A stretch of DNA of 64,000 bases from Candidatus Latescibacterota bacterium (GCA_965221775.1 CBDCSU010000005.1:576001-640000), one strand, 5' to 3'; shown: positions 50,308 to 60,554, numbered from the stretch's first letter. The notes: generated from the sequence alone by a model not told the origin. Made by a program: numbers and translations.

Positions 50308-51693
50308 GTGGCCGAGTTCAAGCTGCCCGATCTGGGCGAGAACATCGAAGCGGGCGAGGTCATCAACGTCCTCGTCGCCGAGGGCGACGCCCTGGCCGAG
50401 GACCAGCCCGTGATCGAGCTGGAGACCGACAAGGCGGTCATCGAGGTGCCCTCCACGGTGAGCGGCACGGTGTCGAAGGTGCTGGTGGCCGAGGGCGACC
50501 GCGCCCAGGTGGGCCAGGTGATCCTCACCGTCGAGGAGGTTGGAGCCGAAGCCGCGCCCCTTGCGGCTCCCGCCGATGGGGCGGCCGCCTCCCCCGCTGA
50601 GGGTGCTCCCGCCGCTGCTGCCGAGGACCCGAGCCCTGCCGAGATCGGCGAGACCGGCCAATCAACGTCTGCCGCCGACGATGGGGCCGCCGCTCCCCCG
50701 CCCGAAGCGGGCTCCCCCGCGCCTGCCGGCGACCGGGAGGCAGCCGACGGCGGCGGGCCCGCCGAAGCCGCACCGGCCGCCGGAGACGAGGCCAGGCTGA
50801 TCCCGGCGGCGCCCTCGGTGCGCCGGCTGGCGCGCGAGATCGGCGTCGACATCGCCCGGGCGGAGGGCACGGGCCCGGGCGGCCGCATCAGCGAGGAGGA
50901 CGTGAAGACCCTCTCCCGGCGGCTTCACGAGAGCCCCGCCGCGGCGCCCGGATCGCCCGCGGCGGCGGCGCTGCCCGACTTCTCGAAGTGGGGCGAGATC
51001 GAGGTCGAGCCCTTCAGCAACGTGCGCCGCATCACCGCGCAGCGCATGGCCGCGGCCTGGTCGGCGATCCCCCACGTGACCCAGCACGACCAGGCCGACA
51101 TCACCGGGCTCGAGGCTTGGCGCAAGGGCTACGCCCCCCAGGTGGAGAAGGCCGGCGCCAGGCTGACGCCCACGGCGCTGCTCCTCAAGGTGGCGGCCTC
51201 GGCCCTGCGCGCCTTCCCGAGCTTCAACGCCAGCATCGACATGGCGGGCGAGCAGATCATCTTCAAGAGCTACGTGCACATCGGCGTCGCCGTGGACACG
51301 CCCCGGGGGCTGCTGGTGCCGGTGATCCGCGACGTCGACCGCAAGTCGGTGACCGAGATCTCCCTCGAGCTGGGGGAGATGGCGGAGCGGACCCGCACCG
51401 GCAAGGTGGCCGTGACCGACCTGGAGGGCGGCACCTTCACGGTGAGCAACCTCGGCGGCCTGGGGGGCACCGCCTTCACGCCGATCGTCAACGCGCCGGA
51501 GGTGGCCATCCTCGGCGCCGCCCGCAGCCGCACCGAGCCCGTCTACGTCGACGGCGAGCTGCAGCCGCGCCTGATCCTGCCTCTCTCCCTGTCCTACGAC
51601 CACCGGCTGATCGACGGCGCCGACGGGGTCCGCTTCCTGCGCCATCTCTGCCAGGGGCTGGAGAACCCCTACTTCCTCGCCTTCGAGGGCTGA
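50308..51693 (+). CDS. aceF: Dihydrolipoamide acetyltransferase E2
   Basis: One lipoyl domain (ETDKA), E3-binding AAPSVRRLARE, catalytic YDHRLIDGA. Confidence 0.96.
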   Translation: MAEFKLPDLGENIEAGEVINVLVAEGDALAEDQPVIELETDKAVIEVPSTVSGTVSKVLVAEGDRAQVGQVILTVEEVGAEAAPLAAPADGAAASPAEGAPAAAAEDPSPAEIGETGQSTSAADDGAAAPPPEAGSPAPAGDREAADGGGPAEAAPAAGDEARLIPAAPSVRRLAREIGVDIARAEGTGPGGRISEEDVKTLSRRLHESPAAAPGSPAAAALPDFSKWGEIEVEPFSNVRRITAQRMAAAWSAIPHVTQHDQADITGLEAWRKGYAPQVEKAGARLTPTALLLKVAASALRAFPSFNASIDMAGEQIIFKSYVHIGVAVDTPRGLLVPVIRDVDRKSVTEISLELGEMAERTRTGKVAVTDLEGGTFTVSNLGGLGGTAFTPIVNAPEVAILGAARSRTEPVYVDGELQPRLILPLSLSYDHRLIDGADGVRFLRHLCQGLENPYFLAFEG

Positions 51694-51696
51694 CTC

Positions 51697-53115
51697 ATGG
51701 CCGAGCGCACACAGGTCGCCATCATCGGCGGCGGACCCGGCGGCTACGTGGCCGCCTTCCGCGCCGCCGACCTGGGTCTCCAGGTCACACTCGTCGACCC
51801 GGAGGAGCGCCCCGGCGGCGTCTGCCTCTACCGCGGCTGCATCCCGTCGAAGGCGCTGCTGCACGTGGGCCGGCTGCTGTCCGAGGCGCGGGAAGCCGAG
51901 GATTGGGGGGTCTCCTTCGGCGAGCCCCGGATCGACCTGGAGAAGCTGCGCGCCCACCGCGACCGGGTGGTGGCCAACATGTCCGGCGGCCTCGGCCAGT
52001 TGTCCCGCGGCCGCGGTGTGACCCTGGTGCGCGGCCTCGCACGCTTCACCGGTCCGCAGTCGCTGCGGGTCGAAGCCGCCGGCGGCGGCTCCCGCGAGAT
52101 CGGCTTCGAGCACGCCGTGCTGGCCACGGGATCGCGGCCGATCGCGCTGCCCGCCTTCGCCAGCGGCGGCGGCCGCGTCATGGACTCCACCGGGGCCCTG
52201 GAGCTGACCGACGTGCCTGAGCGGCTGCTCGTGGTGGGCGGCGGCATCATCGGCCTCGAGCTCGGACAGGTCTACGCCGCCCTCGGGTCGCGGGTGACGG
52301 TGGTGGAGATGACCGACGGCCTCATCCCCGGCGCCGACCGCGACCTCGTGCGGGTCCTGCAGAAACGGCTCGAGGAGCAGTTCGAGGCGATCCACCTCGA
52401 CAGCGCGGTGACGGCGGCGGCGGAGACCGCCGACGGTCTCGCCGTGACCTGGGAGCCGGCGGCCGGAGGGGCCGCCGAGACGCGGACTTTCGACCGCGTC
52501 CTGCAGTCGGTGGGCCGGCGCCCGAACACCGAGGACCTGGGCCTGGAGAACACCGGTGTCGGCCTCGACCCGAGGGGGTTCGTCGAGGTCGACGCGCAGC
52601 GCCGCAGCGCCGAGCCGTCGATCTTCGCCGTGGGCGACGTCATCGGCTCGGCCCTGGCCCACACCGCCTCCCACGAGGGCACGATCGCCGCCGACGTCAT
52701 CGCCGGCCGGCGCGCCGCCTTCGAGCCCAACGCCATCCCGAGTGTCGTCTACACCGACCCGGAGATCGCCTGGTGCGGCCTCACCGAGACCGAGGCCCAG
52801 GCCCGCGACCTCGACGTGTCGATCTCGCGCTTTCCCTGGTCCGCCTCGGGCCGCGCCATCACTCTCGGCCGCAGCGACGGCGTCACCAAGCTCCTCGTCG
52901 ACCCGGCCACGGAGCGCATCCTGGGCGTCGGCGTGGCCGGCCCCGGCGCCGGCGAGCTGATCGCCGAGGGTGTCCTCGCCGTGGAGATGGCCGCCGTGGT
53001 GCAGGACCTGGCCCTCTCCATCCATCCCCACCCCACCCTCTCCGAGACCCTGATGGAGGCGGCCGAGGCCTACCACGGGCTCAGCTCCCACATCATCGCT
53101 CCCAAACGACCCTAG
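51697..53115 (+). CDS. lpdA: Dihydrolipoamide dehydrogenase
   Basis: GGGPGGY, GGVCLYRGCIPSK, GGGIIGLE, HPHPTLSE. Confidence 0.97.
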   Translation: MAERTQVAIIGGGPGGYVAAFRAADLGLQVTLVDPEERPGGVCLYRGCIPSKALLHVGRLLSEAREAEDWGVSFGEPRIDLEKLRAHRDRVVANMSGGLGQLSRGRGVTLVRGLARFTGPQSLRVEAAGGGSREIGFEHAVLATGSRPIALPAFASGGGRVMDSTGALELTDVPERLLVVGGGIIGLELGQVYAALGSRVTVVEMTDGLIPGADRDLVRVLQKRLEEQFEAIHLDSAVTAAAETADGLAVTWEPAAGGAAETRTFDRVLQSVGRRPNTEDLGLENTGVGLDPRGFVEVDAQRRSAEPSIFAVGDVIGSALAHTASHEGTIAADVIAGRRAAFEPNAIPSVVYTDPEIAWCGLTETEAQARDLDVSISRFPWSASGRAITLGRSDGVTKLLVDPATERILGVGVAGPGAGELIAEGVLAVEMAAVVQDLALSIHPHPTLSETLMEAAEAYHGLSSHIIAPKRP

Positions 53116-53128
53116 ACGCCGGCCCCGG

Positions 53129-53158
53129 TTGCCGGCTGCCGGAGCCCCTGGTTATCTT
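53129..53158 (+). promoter_or_regulatory. Putative sigma70 promoter of the slt-like gene
   Basis: TTGCCG-18 nt-TATCTT. Confidence 0.45.
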
Positions 53159-53214
53159 GTGGGGACTCCCCGTTCGGCCCCGCTCAACACCACACTCCAG
53201 CTACCGTCCCGCCC

Positions 53215-55363
53215 ATGTCCGTCACGCTCCGTCAGGCGCTCGGATCCACCGTTCTGGCCGGCCTGCTGCTGCTGCCCTTCGCCGCCCGGCTCTTCAGAGA
53301 GAGCCCGCCGCCGCCGCCGCCGCCGCCACCGCCGCTTCCGGTCCTGACGGCGCCCACCGAGGTGGTCGTCCTCATCCGCCGCCACCGCTACGAGGAGGCC
53401 CACGCCGCCCTGCGCAGGTCCGGCCCCCCGGACGACCCGTCCCAGGCCACCCTGTACCAGTTCCGCCTGGCCGTGTGCGAGCGCGCCCTGGGGCTGGCCG
53501 ACAGCGCCCATGCCCGCCTGCTGCGTCTCGAGGGCCGGCGCCCCGAGATCGAGGCCTACCGCCGGCTGTGGCTGGCCCACACCCTGCAGTTGCTCGAGAG
53601 GCGGGAAGAAGCGATCGCAGGCTATGAAGCGCTGCTCGTGAAGGGCGCCAACGCGGCCGTGGCCGACTCCGCCCGTCTCTACCTGGCCCGGCTCTTCGTG
53701 GCCGGCGGCGACCACCGCCGGGCCCTCGCCCTGTACCGCGCCCAGCGCGCCTCCACGGGGCCCACCGCCACGCTGCTGCTCAGCATCGCCGAGGGGCTGA
53801 AGCGCGGCGGCGACGAGGCGGGGCACCGCGAGACCCTGATGGAGCTGATGGAGCGCTACGCCGGCAGCCGCCTGGCCCTCCGGGTGGCGTCGCGCTTCCG
53901 GCCGCGCACCATCGACGAGCGCTACACCCGGGCCCAGGTCTACGCCCGCCACGGGGACGACCGCGCCATCTCCGACCTGCAGCAGGTGGTCCGCAACGCC
54001 CCGGGCCACGAGCTGGCCCCCCACGCCGCCTACGCCCTCGGCCGCGCCCTGGGGCGCTCAGGCCAGTTCGACCGCGCGCGGGCGACCTACAGGCGCCTGT
54101 ACGACGACCACGGCTGGGCCCCCGCCCTCTACCGGATCGCCGGGCTCGACGTCCGCGCCGGCCGCGACCAGGAGGCGATCGAGGCCTACGTGGCCCTCTC
54201 GCGGAAGTATCCGCGCCACACCCTCGCCGACGACGCCCTGTGGCAGGCCGCCAAGGCCGCCGAGCGCAAGGGCCAGTTCGAGCGCGCCGGCAGCATCCAC
54301 GCCGACCTCGCCGAGCGCTACCCTTCGAGCGAGCACGCCGAGGACGCCTCCTGGGGCGCCGGCTTCAGCCTCTACTGCCGGGAGCGGTTCGAGGAGGCCG
54401 CCGCCGGCTTCGCCGAGCTCAGCCGCAAGGCCCGCCAGCCGCACCTGGTCGACCAGAGCCTCTACTGGGCCGGCAAGAGCGCCTGGCGCCTGGGGCGGAA
54501 GGACGAGGCCGGCAGCCACTTCACCGGCGCGGCCCTCGGCTTTCCGCGCTCGTACTACTCGGCGCGGGCGGTGAGCCTCGGCTACGGCGAGGCCCGCCTG
54601 CCGGCCCCGGTCCTGGTGTCGAAGGCGCCGGCCCCCGGCGTCCTGCGGGAGACCCGGTCACCTGCGGCGGGCCCTGTCCCTCGGCGAGCTGGGCCTGGCC
54701 TCCACCGCCGGGCGCGAGCTGCGGCTGGCGGAGCGGGCCAACGAGGGAGACAGGGAGGCCCTGCGGGTCCTGCGCGAGGCCTACGAGGCGCTGGGGCTGC
54801 ACACGCGCGCCATGCAGCTGACGGCGCGGATCGGCGACGGCGGCGGCAACACCACCCGCCTCTATCCGAGCTACTACTGGGAGGAGGTCGAGGCCGCCTC
54901 GAGGAAGGCCGAGGTCGACCCCTTCCTGGTGCTGTCGGTGATCCGCCAGGAGAGCTTCTTCAACGAGTCCGCCGTCTCGCGGGCCGGCGCCGTGGGCCTG
55001 ATGCAGATCATGCCCAGGACGGGGCGCAAGCTCGCACGCCGCTTCGGCCTGCAGCCGTTCCACCGGCGCCAGCTCTTCGACCCCGGACTGTCGATCCAGC
55101 TCGGCACCCGCTACCTGGCCGACCAGATGCGCGCCTTCGAGGACGCCGGCGGCGGCGGGCTCCGCTTCCAGCTCGGGCTGGCGGCCTACAACGCCGGCCC
55201 CCACGTGGCCCGGCGCTGGGTGGAGCGCTTCCCCCTCGAGGACGAGGACGTCTTCGTGGAGCGCATCCCCTACCGCGAGACCCGCCTCTACGTGAAGAAG
55301 GTCCTCAAGAGCTACACCATCTACAAGGCTCTCCACCGGAGCCGGGACGCCTCCAGGGCATGA
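53215..55363 (+). pseudogene. slt: TPR-containing soluble lytic murein transglycosylase (Slt70-like), split by a frameshift near 54620-54660
   Basis: TPR helices and FPRSYYS in frame 1. From about 54656 the linker (HLRRALSLGELGL...) and SLT domain (IRQES, GAVGLMQIMP, AAYNAGP, IPYRETRLYVKKV) are in frame 2. Confidence 0.8.
53305..53334 (+). repeat. (CCG)n tract encoding 10 consecutive prolines
   Basis: ccgccgccgccgccgccgccgccaccgccg, just after the N-terminal anchor of the slt-like gene. Confidence 0.8.
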
Positions 55364-55590
55364 TCCCCTCCCCCTCCGATCCGCAGAAGCCCGACCCCGG
55401 CCGCCGGGCCCGCCTCGCCGAGGACATCTTCATCCTCCTCTGCATCCTGAGCCTGTGGCCGGTGATCTTCGGTTGGAACCACCCCGCCTTCGAGGTTCTG
55501 CTCTACGCGGCCCTGGCGGGGCTGGTGATCATCCTCGTCCGGCGGGTGCGCCGCTTCGCCCAGGCCCGCCGCGAGGCCGACGGGGACTGA
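55360..55590 (+). CDS. Small 2-TM membrane protein
   Basis: ATGA overlap with the slt stop; EDIFILLCILSLWPVIFGW...LLYAALAGLVIILVRRVRR; good codon usage. Confidence 0.7.
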   Translation: MIPSPSDPQKPDPGRRARLAEDIFILLCILSLWPVIFGWNHPAFEVLLYAALAGLVIILVRRVRRFAQARREADGD

Positions 55591-55594
55591 CCCT

Positions 55595-56230
55595 TCAGAA
55601 CCACTCCCCCGCCGCGTAGATCCCTCCCAGAAGCAGGACCACGAAGAGCACCGCCAGCAGGTCGAAGCGGCGGTCGATGAAGCCGCGCACCGGCTCGCCG
55701 TACCTCCACAGCAGCCCGGCTACCAGGAAGAACCGCGCCGACCGGCTCACCAGCGAAGCGCTGACGAAGACCGGGAAGGAGATCTCGAAGGCCCCGGCCG
55801 AGATGGTGATCACCTTGTAGGGCAGGGGCGTGAAGCCGGCGGTGAAGACCACCCAGAACCCCCAGCTCTCGTACTGGGCCTGCACGCGCTCGAACTTCTC
55901 CACGGTGAAGCCCGGGACGCGGTCGAAGAAGAGCTGGGCCACCTGGGACAGCTCCCCCGGCCCCGACCACCACAGCCAGTGGCCGATGCCGTACCCGGCG
56001 ACGCCCCCGAGGACGGAGGCGATCGAGGCGATGACAGCGAAGCGCCAGGCCTGGCTCCGGGCGCCCAGGACCATGGCGATGAGGAAGGCGTCGGGGGGGA
56101 TGGGGAAGACGGAGGACTCGAAGAAGGCCCAGAGGAACAGGACGAGGCCGCCGTAGGGGGTCTCCGCCCAGCCGAGGAGACCGTCGTAGAGACGCCGGAG
56201 GGGTCCGGCCCGCGAGCCCCGCTCAGCCAC
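55595..56230 (-). CDS. DedA/YqaA family membrane protein
   Basis: FFESSVFPIPPD, SVLGG..GY.IG, AGFTPLPYKV, SRSARFF. Confidence 0.92.
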   Translation of the reverse strand: MAERGSRAGPLRRLYDGLLGWAETPYGGLVLFLWAFFESSVFPIPPDAFLIAMVLGARSQAWRFAVIASIASVLGGVAGYGIGHWLWWSGPGELSQVAQLFFDRVPGFTVEKFERVQAQYESWGFWVVFTAGFTPLPYKVITISAGAFEISFPVFVSASLVSRSARFFLVAGLLWRYGEPVRGFIDRRFDLLAVLFVVLLLGGIYAAGEWF

Positions 56231-57443
56231 CGAGCCAGCCCTCCGTGCGGAAGTGCCCGCGGCGGCGGCCCTCCCAGCCGAGGCGGGCGATGATCTTGCG
56301 GTCCGCCCGCGGCATGGGGTAGCCGTCGAGGCCGCCCGGCGAGACCCAGGCCCAGTCGGCGCAGCCGATGGCCCGCACCCGGCCGCCGAGGCAGCGGGCG
56401 GCGAAGGCGTGGAGCCGGATCGAGCGGTGCGAGTAGTCGTGATCGACCACCGCCAGCGGGCGCTCCACCTCGATGTCGACGTCCAGCTCCTCCCGGACCT
56501 CGCGGCGCAGGCAGGCGGGCAGGCTCTCCCCCGGTTCCTGCTTGCCGCCGGGGAACTCCCACATCCCCGCGAGCATGCCCCCGGGCGGACGCTGCGCCAG
56601 CAGCAGCCGGTTGCCGCGGCGGATCAGTCCCGCCGCCACCTCCAGGTGGGGCCGGGGCCGGCGTTCCGGCCGCAGCGGCAGCACCGACGGGTCGTCCAGC
56701 TCGGCGCGGGCGCGGCAGTGGTCGGCCCACGGGCAGTCGCCGCAGCGCGGGCTCGACGGGGTGCAGACGCGGGCGCCGAGCTCCATCAGGGCCTGGTTGA
56801 ACTCCCCCGGGCGGGACCTCGGCATGAGGGCCTCACCGGCGGCGATGAGCCGCGCCCGCGTCTCGGCCCGCCGCGGGTCCTCCTCGACCCGCAGCAGCCG
56901 GCAGAGGAGGCGGGTCACGTTGCCGTCGAGGACGGGATGGGGCCGGTCGAAGGCGATGGAGCTGACCGCCGCCGCCGTGTACGGCCCGACGCCGGGCAGG
57001 TCGAGGAGGCCGTCGTAGGTATCGGGCAGCCGGCCTCCGTGCTCGCCGGCGACGGCGCGCGCGGCCCGGTGCAGGTTGCGGGCCCGGGAGTAGTAGCCCA
57101 TCCCCTCCCACGCCTTGAGGACCTCGCCCTCGTCGGCGGCGGCCAGGGCCTCGACCGTCGGGAAGGCCGCCAGGAAGCGCTCGTAGTAGCCGCGCGCCGT
57201 CTCCACCCGGGTCTGCTGCAGCATCACCTCCGAGACCCAGACCCGGTAGGGGTCCGCCGTGCGGCGCCAAGGCAGGTCGCGGCGGTGACGGCGGTACCAG
57301 GCCAGCAGCCGGCGCCGCAGGCCGGCGCGCCAGCGGGCATCCGCGAGGCGGTCCTCCGTCACCGGACCTCCGCTCCCAGCCGATCCGCCGGCAGCGGCGG
57401 GGTACCGTCCGGGGCGGGCATCTTCCAGCCGGTCCGGCGTCAC
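56223..57443 (-). CDS. mutY: A/G-specific adenine glycosylase with a C-terminal Nudix (MutT-like) domain
   Basis: RDLPWR, VSEVMLQQT, GYYSRARN, HhH LPGVGPYTA, DGNV, C-x6-C-x2-C-x5-C cluster, WEFPGGK...REVREEL. Alternative start at 57362. Confidence 0.95.
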   Translation of the reverse strand: MTPDRLEDARPGRYPAAAGGSAGSGGPVTEDRLADARWRAGLRRRLLAWYRRHRRDLPWRRTADPYRVWVSEVMLQQTRVETARGYYERFLAAFPTVEALAAADEGEVLKAWEGMGYYSRARNLHRAARAVAGEHGGRLPDTYDGLLDLPGVGPYTAAAVSSIAFDRPHPVLDGNVTRLLCRLLRVEEDPRRAETRARLIAAGEALMPRSRPGEFNQALMELGARVCTPSSPRCGDCPWADHCRARAELDDPSVLPLRPERRPRPHLEVAAGLIRRGNRLLLAQRPPGGMLAGMWEFPGGKQEPGESLPACLRREVREELDVDIEVERPLAVVDHDYSHRSIRLHAFAARCLGGRVRAIGCADWAWVSPGGLDGYPMPRADRKIIARLGWEGRRRGHFRTEGWLGG

Positions 57444-58447
57444 CGGTCCGCTCCCAGGCGACCGGCGGGCAGGGGCGGGGAGCCGTCGAGGCCGGCTTGG
57501 CCGCTGGCCGCCACCACGGCGTTGAGGACCGCCTCCTCGCAGATCTCGGCGGCGGCGGCGAAGAGCTCGGGCAGCCCGCTCTCGGCGGTGGCGGAGGCGC
57601 GCACCGTTCCCGGACCGGCGGGCGTGTCGTCGCGCAGCGCCGTGGTGGACAGGGCGAGGATGGTGCCGCCGGAGGTGCGCTCGTCGAGCAGACCCACCCG
57701 CACGAGGCCGAAGGAGGCCCGCCGGGCCAGGCGGTCGAGCTGAACCGGCAGCAGGGGGGCGTCGGTGACGATCACGGCGGCGAAGGTGCGGCGCCTCTGC
57801 GGCGCCAGGGGGGGCAGCCCAAGCCGCGGGCCGACGCGCTCGCCGTCGACGGTCAGGCCCCCGGGCTCGCCGCCGTTGGCGGCCAGCAGGACGCCCACCA
57901 CCGCGCCGGGCAGCCGCCGCGAGGCGGTACCGACGCCGGCCCGCGCCCCGAAGGCGGCCAGGCCGCGGCCGACGCCGGACTGGCCCTCGGCGGGCGGTTC
58001 TCCGGTGGCGGCGGCCAGGGCGGCGGCCACTGTGTCCTGCGTCAGGGCGGCGTGCAGTGACGCCGCCGGGGCCGGCACGCCGTCCACGGCGATCAGACCG
58101 GGCGGCCAGCCGGCGTCCTCGGGCAGGCCGGCGTCGAGCTGGAAGCCGTAGGCCAGCAGGCCGTCGTAGATCCTTCCGGCGGCCTGGGGCGGCGCCAGCA
58201 CCAGCGGCGTGGAGAGGGCGCCGAAGTCCTCGGTCATGGCCAGCCCGCCGGTCAGCTCGTCGCCGCCGTCGAGGGACCAGCGGCCGGCGAAGAACCGGCG
58301 GGGCGCCCCGGCGAAGGGGACCAGCGCCGTCACCCCGCTCCCGCCTCCCGCCGCGTGCCCCACGTGCACCCCGGCCACGTCGGTGACGGCGTTGGCGGCG
58401 CCCGGCTCCAGGCGGCCCACGGCGAGGCCGAGATCGCGCAGCCTCAT
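57440..58447 (-). CDS. DmpA/peptidase S58-like paralogue (divergent)
   Basis: RLRDLG..G....G..NAVTDVAGV.VGH, GVGTASR, VTDAPL.P.QL.RLARRA, EEAVLNA. Confidence 0.8.
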   Translation of the reverse strand: MRLRDLGLAVGRLEPGAANAVTDVAGVHVGHAAGGGSGVTALVPFAGAPRRFFAGRWSLDGGDELTGGLAMTEDFGALSTPLVLAPPQAAGRIYDGLLAYGFQLDAGLPEDAGWPPGLIAVDGVPAPAASLHAALTQDTVAAALAAATGEPPAEGQSGVGRGLAAFGARAGVGTASRRLPGAVVGVLLAANGGEPGGLTVDGERVGPRLGLPPLAPQRRRTFAAVIVTDAPLLPVQLDRLARRASFGLVRVGLLDERTSGGTILALSTTALRDDTPAGPGTVRASATAESGLPELFAAAAEICEEAVLNAVVAASGQAGLDGSPPLPAGRLGADR

Positions 58448-59688
58448 TCCCCGCCGGCCTCCCCGTAGCCCTCCATGACCTCGACGAACTCCTCCAGGGG
58501 CAGGCCGTGGATGGTGTTGCCGTCGCGGCCGACCATGGTGCCCGCCGCCGTCAGGGCGTTCAGGACCGCCTCCTCGGCGGCTTCCACAACGCCGGCGAAG
58601 AGGCGGCTCATGTGGGAGTAGTGCAGGACCTGCAGCGAGCCCGCCGCCGTGGCGGGATCGTTGCCGGTGGAGAAGGCGATCACCAGGTCGCCGCTGCCGT
58701 GGGTGGAGATGCCGCCGGTGCGGGCCATGCCGACGAGGGCGCGCTTGCACAGGCGCTTCAGCTGCACCGGGATCAGCGGCGCGTCGGTGGCCACCACCAT
58801 GAGCAGCGAGTTGCCGGGGGCCACGGCCGACTCCGGCGCTCCCCGCTCGGGGAGGCGGTCCGTCAGCCGGCGACCCACGGGAACCCCCTTCACCCGCAGC
58901 TGCGGCCGGCGGCCGAAGTTCGCCTGCACCAGGAGGCCCACGGTGTACTCGCCCTCGCCGCCGCGGCCGACGGCGATGCGCCGCGAGGCGGTGCCGATGC
59001 CGGCCTTGAACTGGAAGGCGCGCATGCCGGTGCCGCCGCCCACGGAGCCCTCGGCCACCGGCCCCCCCGAGGCCCCGTCCAGGGCCCGGGCCACGTGGCG
59101 GGGACCCAGGTGCCCGCCGGCGGTGTCGTGGAGGAAGCCGGCCCACGTCTCCCCCACCACGGGGTCCGGCCGGAAGGGCCCGTCGAAGGCGGCCGGGTCC
59201 CGGTCCAGGGCCCAGCCGACGGCGCCATCGTAGGCGCGGCCGACGCTGCCGGTGTCGGTGAGCAGGACGGGGGCGGCCAGGACCCCGGTGCGGCGCACCG
59301 GTCCCAGGCCGGTGAGCTCGCCGTTGCCGTTGATCGTCAGGTCGGCGGCGAAGACCGGCCGGCGCCAGGGCAGCTCCGGGCGCGGCAGGACGGCGGTGAC
59401 GCCGGTGCGCACGGGACCGCGGCCGACGACGAGGGGGCCGTGGCCGTGGATCAGGGTGACGTGGCCGACGCGGACCCCCGGCACGTCGGTGATGGCGTTG
59501 GCCGCGCCGGCCGGCAGATCGCCGATGACCACGCCGAGGTCGCGCAGCCGCGGGCGGACCGCCGTGCCCGGGGCCGCCGGGGCGATGGGGGAAGCCAGGC
59601 CGGGAGAGGCCACGGCCGGCAGGGCCGCGGCGGTCAGGCCGAGACCGAGGAACCGCCGCCGCGACAGGGGCGGACCGGAAGGGCTCAC
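58444..59688 (-). CDS. DmpA/BapA family (S58) aminopeptidase with Tat signal
   Basis: Twin-arginine SRRRFL, NAITDVPGV.VGH, NGNGELTG, EGSVGGGTGM, NSLLMVVATDAPL, GSGD. Confidence 0.9.
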   Translation of the reverse strand: MSPSGPPLSRRRFLGLGLTAAALPAVASPGLASPIAPAAPGTAVRPRLRDLGVVIGDLPAGAANAITDVPGVRVGHVTLIHGHGPLVVGRGPVRTGVTAVLPRPELPWRRPVFAADLTINGNGELTGLGPVRRTGVLAAPVLLTDTGSVGRAYDGAVGWALDRDPAAFDGPFRPDPVVGETWAGFLHDTAGGHLGPRHVARALDGASGGPVAEGSVGGGTGMRAFQFKAGIGTASRRIAVGRGGEGEYTVGLLVQANFGRRPQLRVKGVPVGRRLTDRLPERGAPESAVAPGNSLLMVVATDAPLIPVQLKRLCKRALVGMARTGGISTHGSGDLVIAFSTGNDPATAAGSLQVLHYSHMSRLFAGVVEAAEEAVLNALTAAGTMVGRDGNTIHGLPLEEFVEVMEGYGEAGGE

Positions 59689-60542
59689 GCCTGGCGCTGG
59701 TCGGCGATCGCCTTGCACTGGCGCAGACCGACCCCGGACCGGTCCTCCAGCCCCTTCCAGGCGTAGGGGTCCTCGCCGCAGATCATGACGATGTCGCGGA
59801 AGTCGGCCCGGGCCGGGCTCTCGCCCTCGAGGGGGTGCCACGGCAGCCGCGACCAGGCGTTCATGTAGTGGTTCACCAGCACGCGGCGGAAGACGCCGCT
59901 GCGGTTCTTCCGGGAGCGGTGCAGCAGATAGCCGTTGAAGAACACCGCGTCCCCCGTCTTCGCCTCCACCGGGACCTCCGCGGAGTCGTCGAAGCCGTAG
60001 GACTCGGGGGCGCTGTCGAACTCCTCGGGGTCGTCGTGGGGGCGCTGGTCGTAGAGGGCCCACTGGTGGGAGCCGGGGAGCACCCACATGCAGCCGTTGT
60101 CGAGGGTGGCGTCGTCGAGGGCGATCCAGCCTCCGGTGAGGGAGCGGTCGCGGGTGGGGATGAAGATCTCGTCCTGGTGCCAGCCCTGCCCCTGGAACCC
60201 CGGCGGCTTGACGAAAAGCATGGACTGCATGCACTTCACGTCCGGCCCGATGAGGCGCGACAGCACCCGTGCCAGGCCGGCGTGGCGGACCCCGCGGTCG
60301 AGCATCACCGGGGAGACCTTGTGGGGCTGGTGGATGCACAGGAAGCCGCGCAGCACCTCGTCGTCGGTCAGTCCCGCCGGCATCGGCTCCAGGCTCGGGT
60401 GGGGGTACTCGCCGCGGCACACCCGCAGGGCATCGGCGCGCAACACCTCCACCTCCTCGGGGCTCACGAGCCCGGGCACCACGAGGTAGCCCTGCTCGCG
60501 GTAGGACTGCACGTCGGCGTCGCTCACAAGTCCGTTCTTCAT
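59685..60542 (-). CDS. Phytanoyl-CoA dioxygenase (PhyH) family Fe/2-OG oxygenase
   Basis: WHQDE, WIALDDA..DNGC..V.PGSH, LHRS. Confidence 0.9.
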   Translation of the reverse strand: MKNGLVSDADVQSYREQGYLVVPGLVSPEEVEVLRADALRVCRGEYPHPSLEPMPAGLTDDEVLRGFLCIHQPHKVSPVMLDRGVRHAGLARVLSRLIGPDVKCMQSMLFVKPPGFQGQGWHQDEIFIPTRDRSLTGGWIALDDATLDNGCMWVLPGSHQWALYDQRPHDDPEEFDSAPESYGFDDSAEVPVEAKTGDAVFFNGYLLHRSRKNRSGVFRRVLVNHYMNAWSRLPWHPLEGESPARADFRDIVMICGEDPYAWKGLEDRSGVGLRQCKAIADQRQA

Positions 60543-60554
60543 CTCCAGGCTCCT

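Noticed and set aside
50540-50790. Ala/Pro-rich stretch with odd codon usage and a repeated DGAAA in aceF
   Set aside because: Ordinary flexible E2 linker, not an insertion element.
53215-55590. 791-aa ORF as a single genuine protein
   Set aside because: It is a chimera of the slt 5' half, out-of-frame sequence and a separate small membrane gene.
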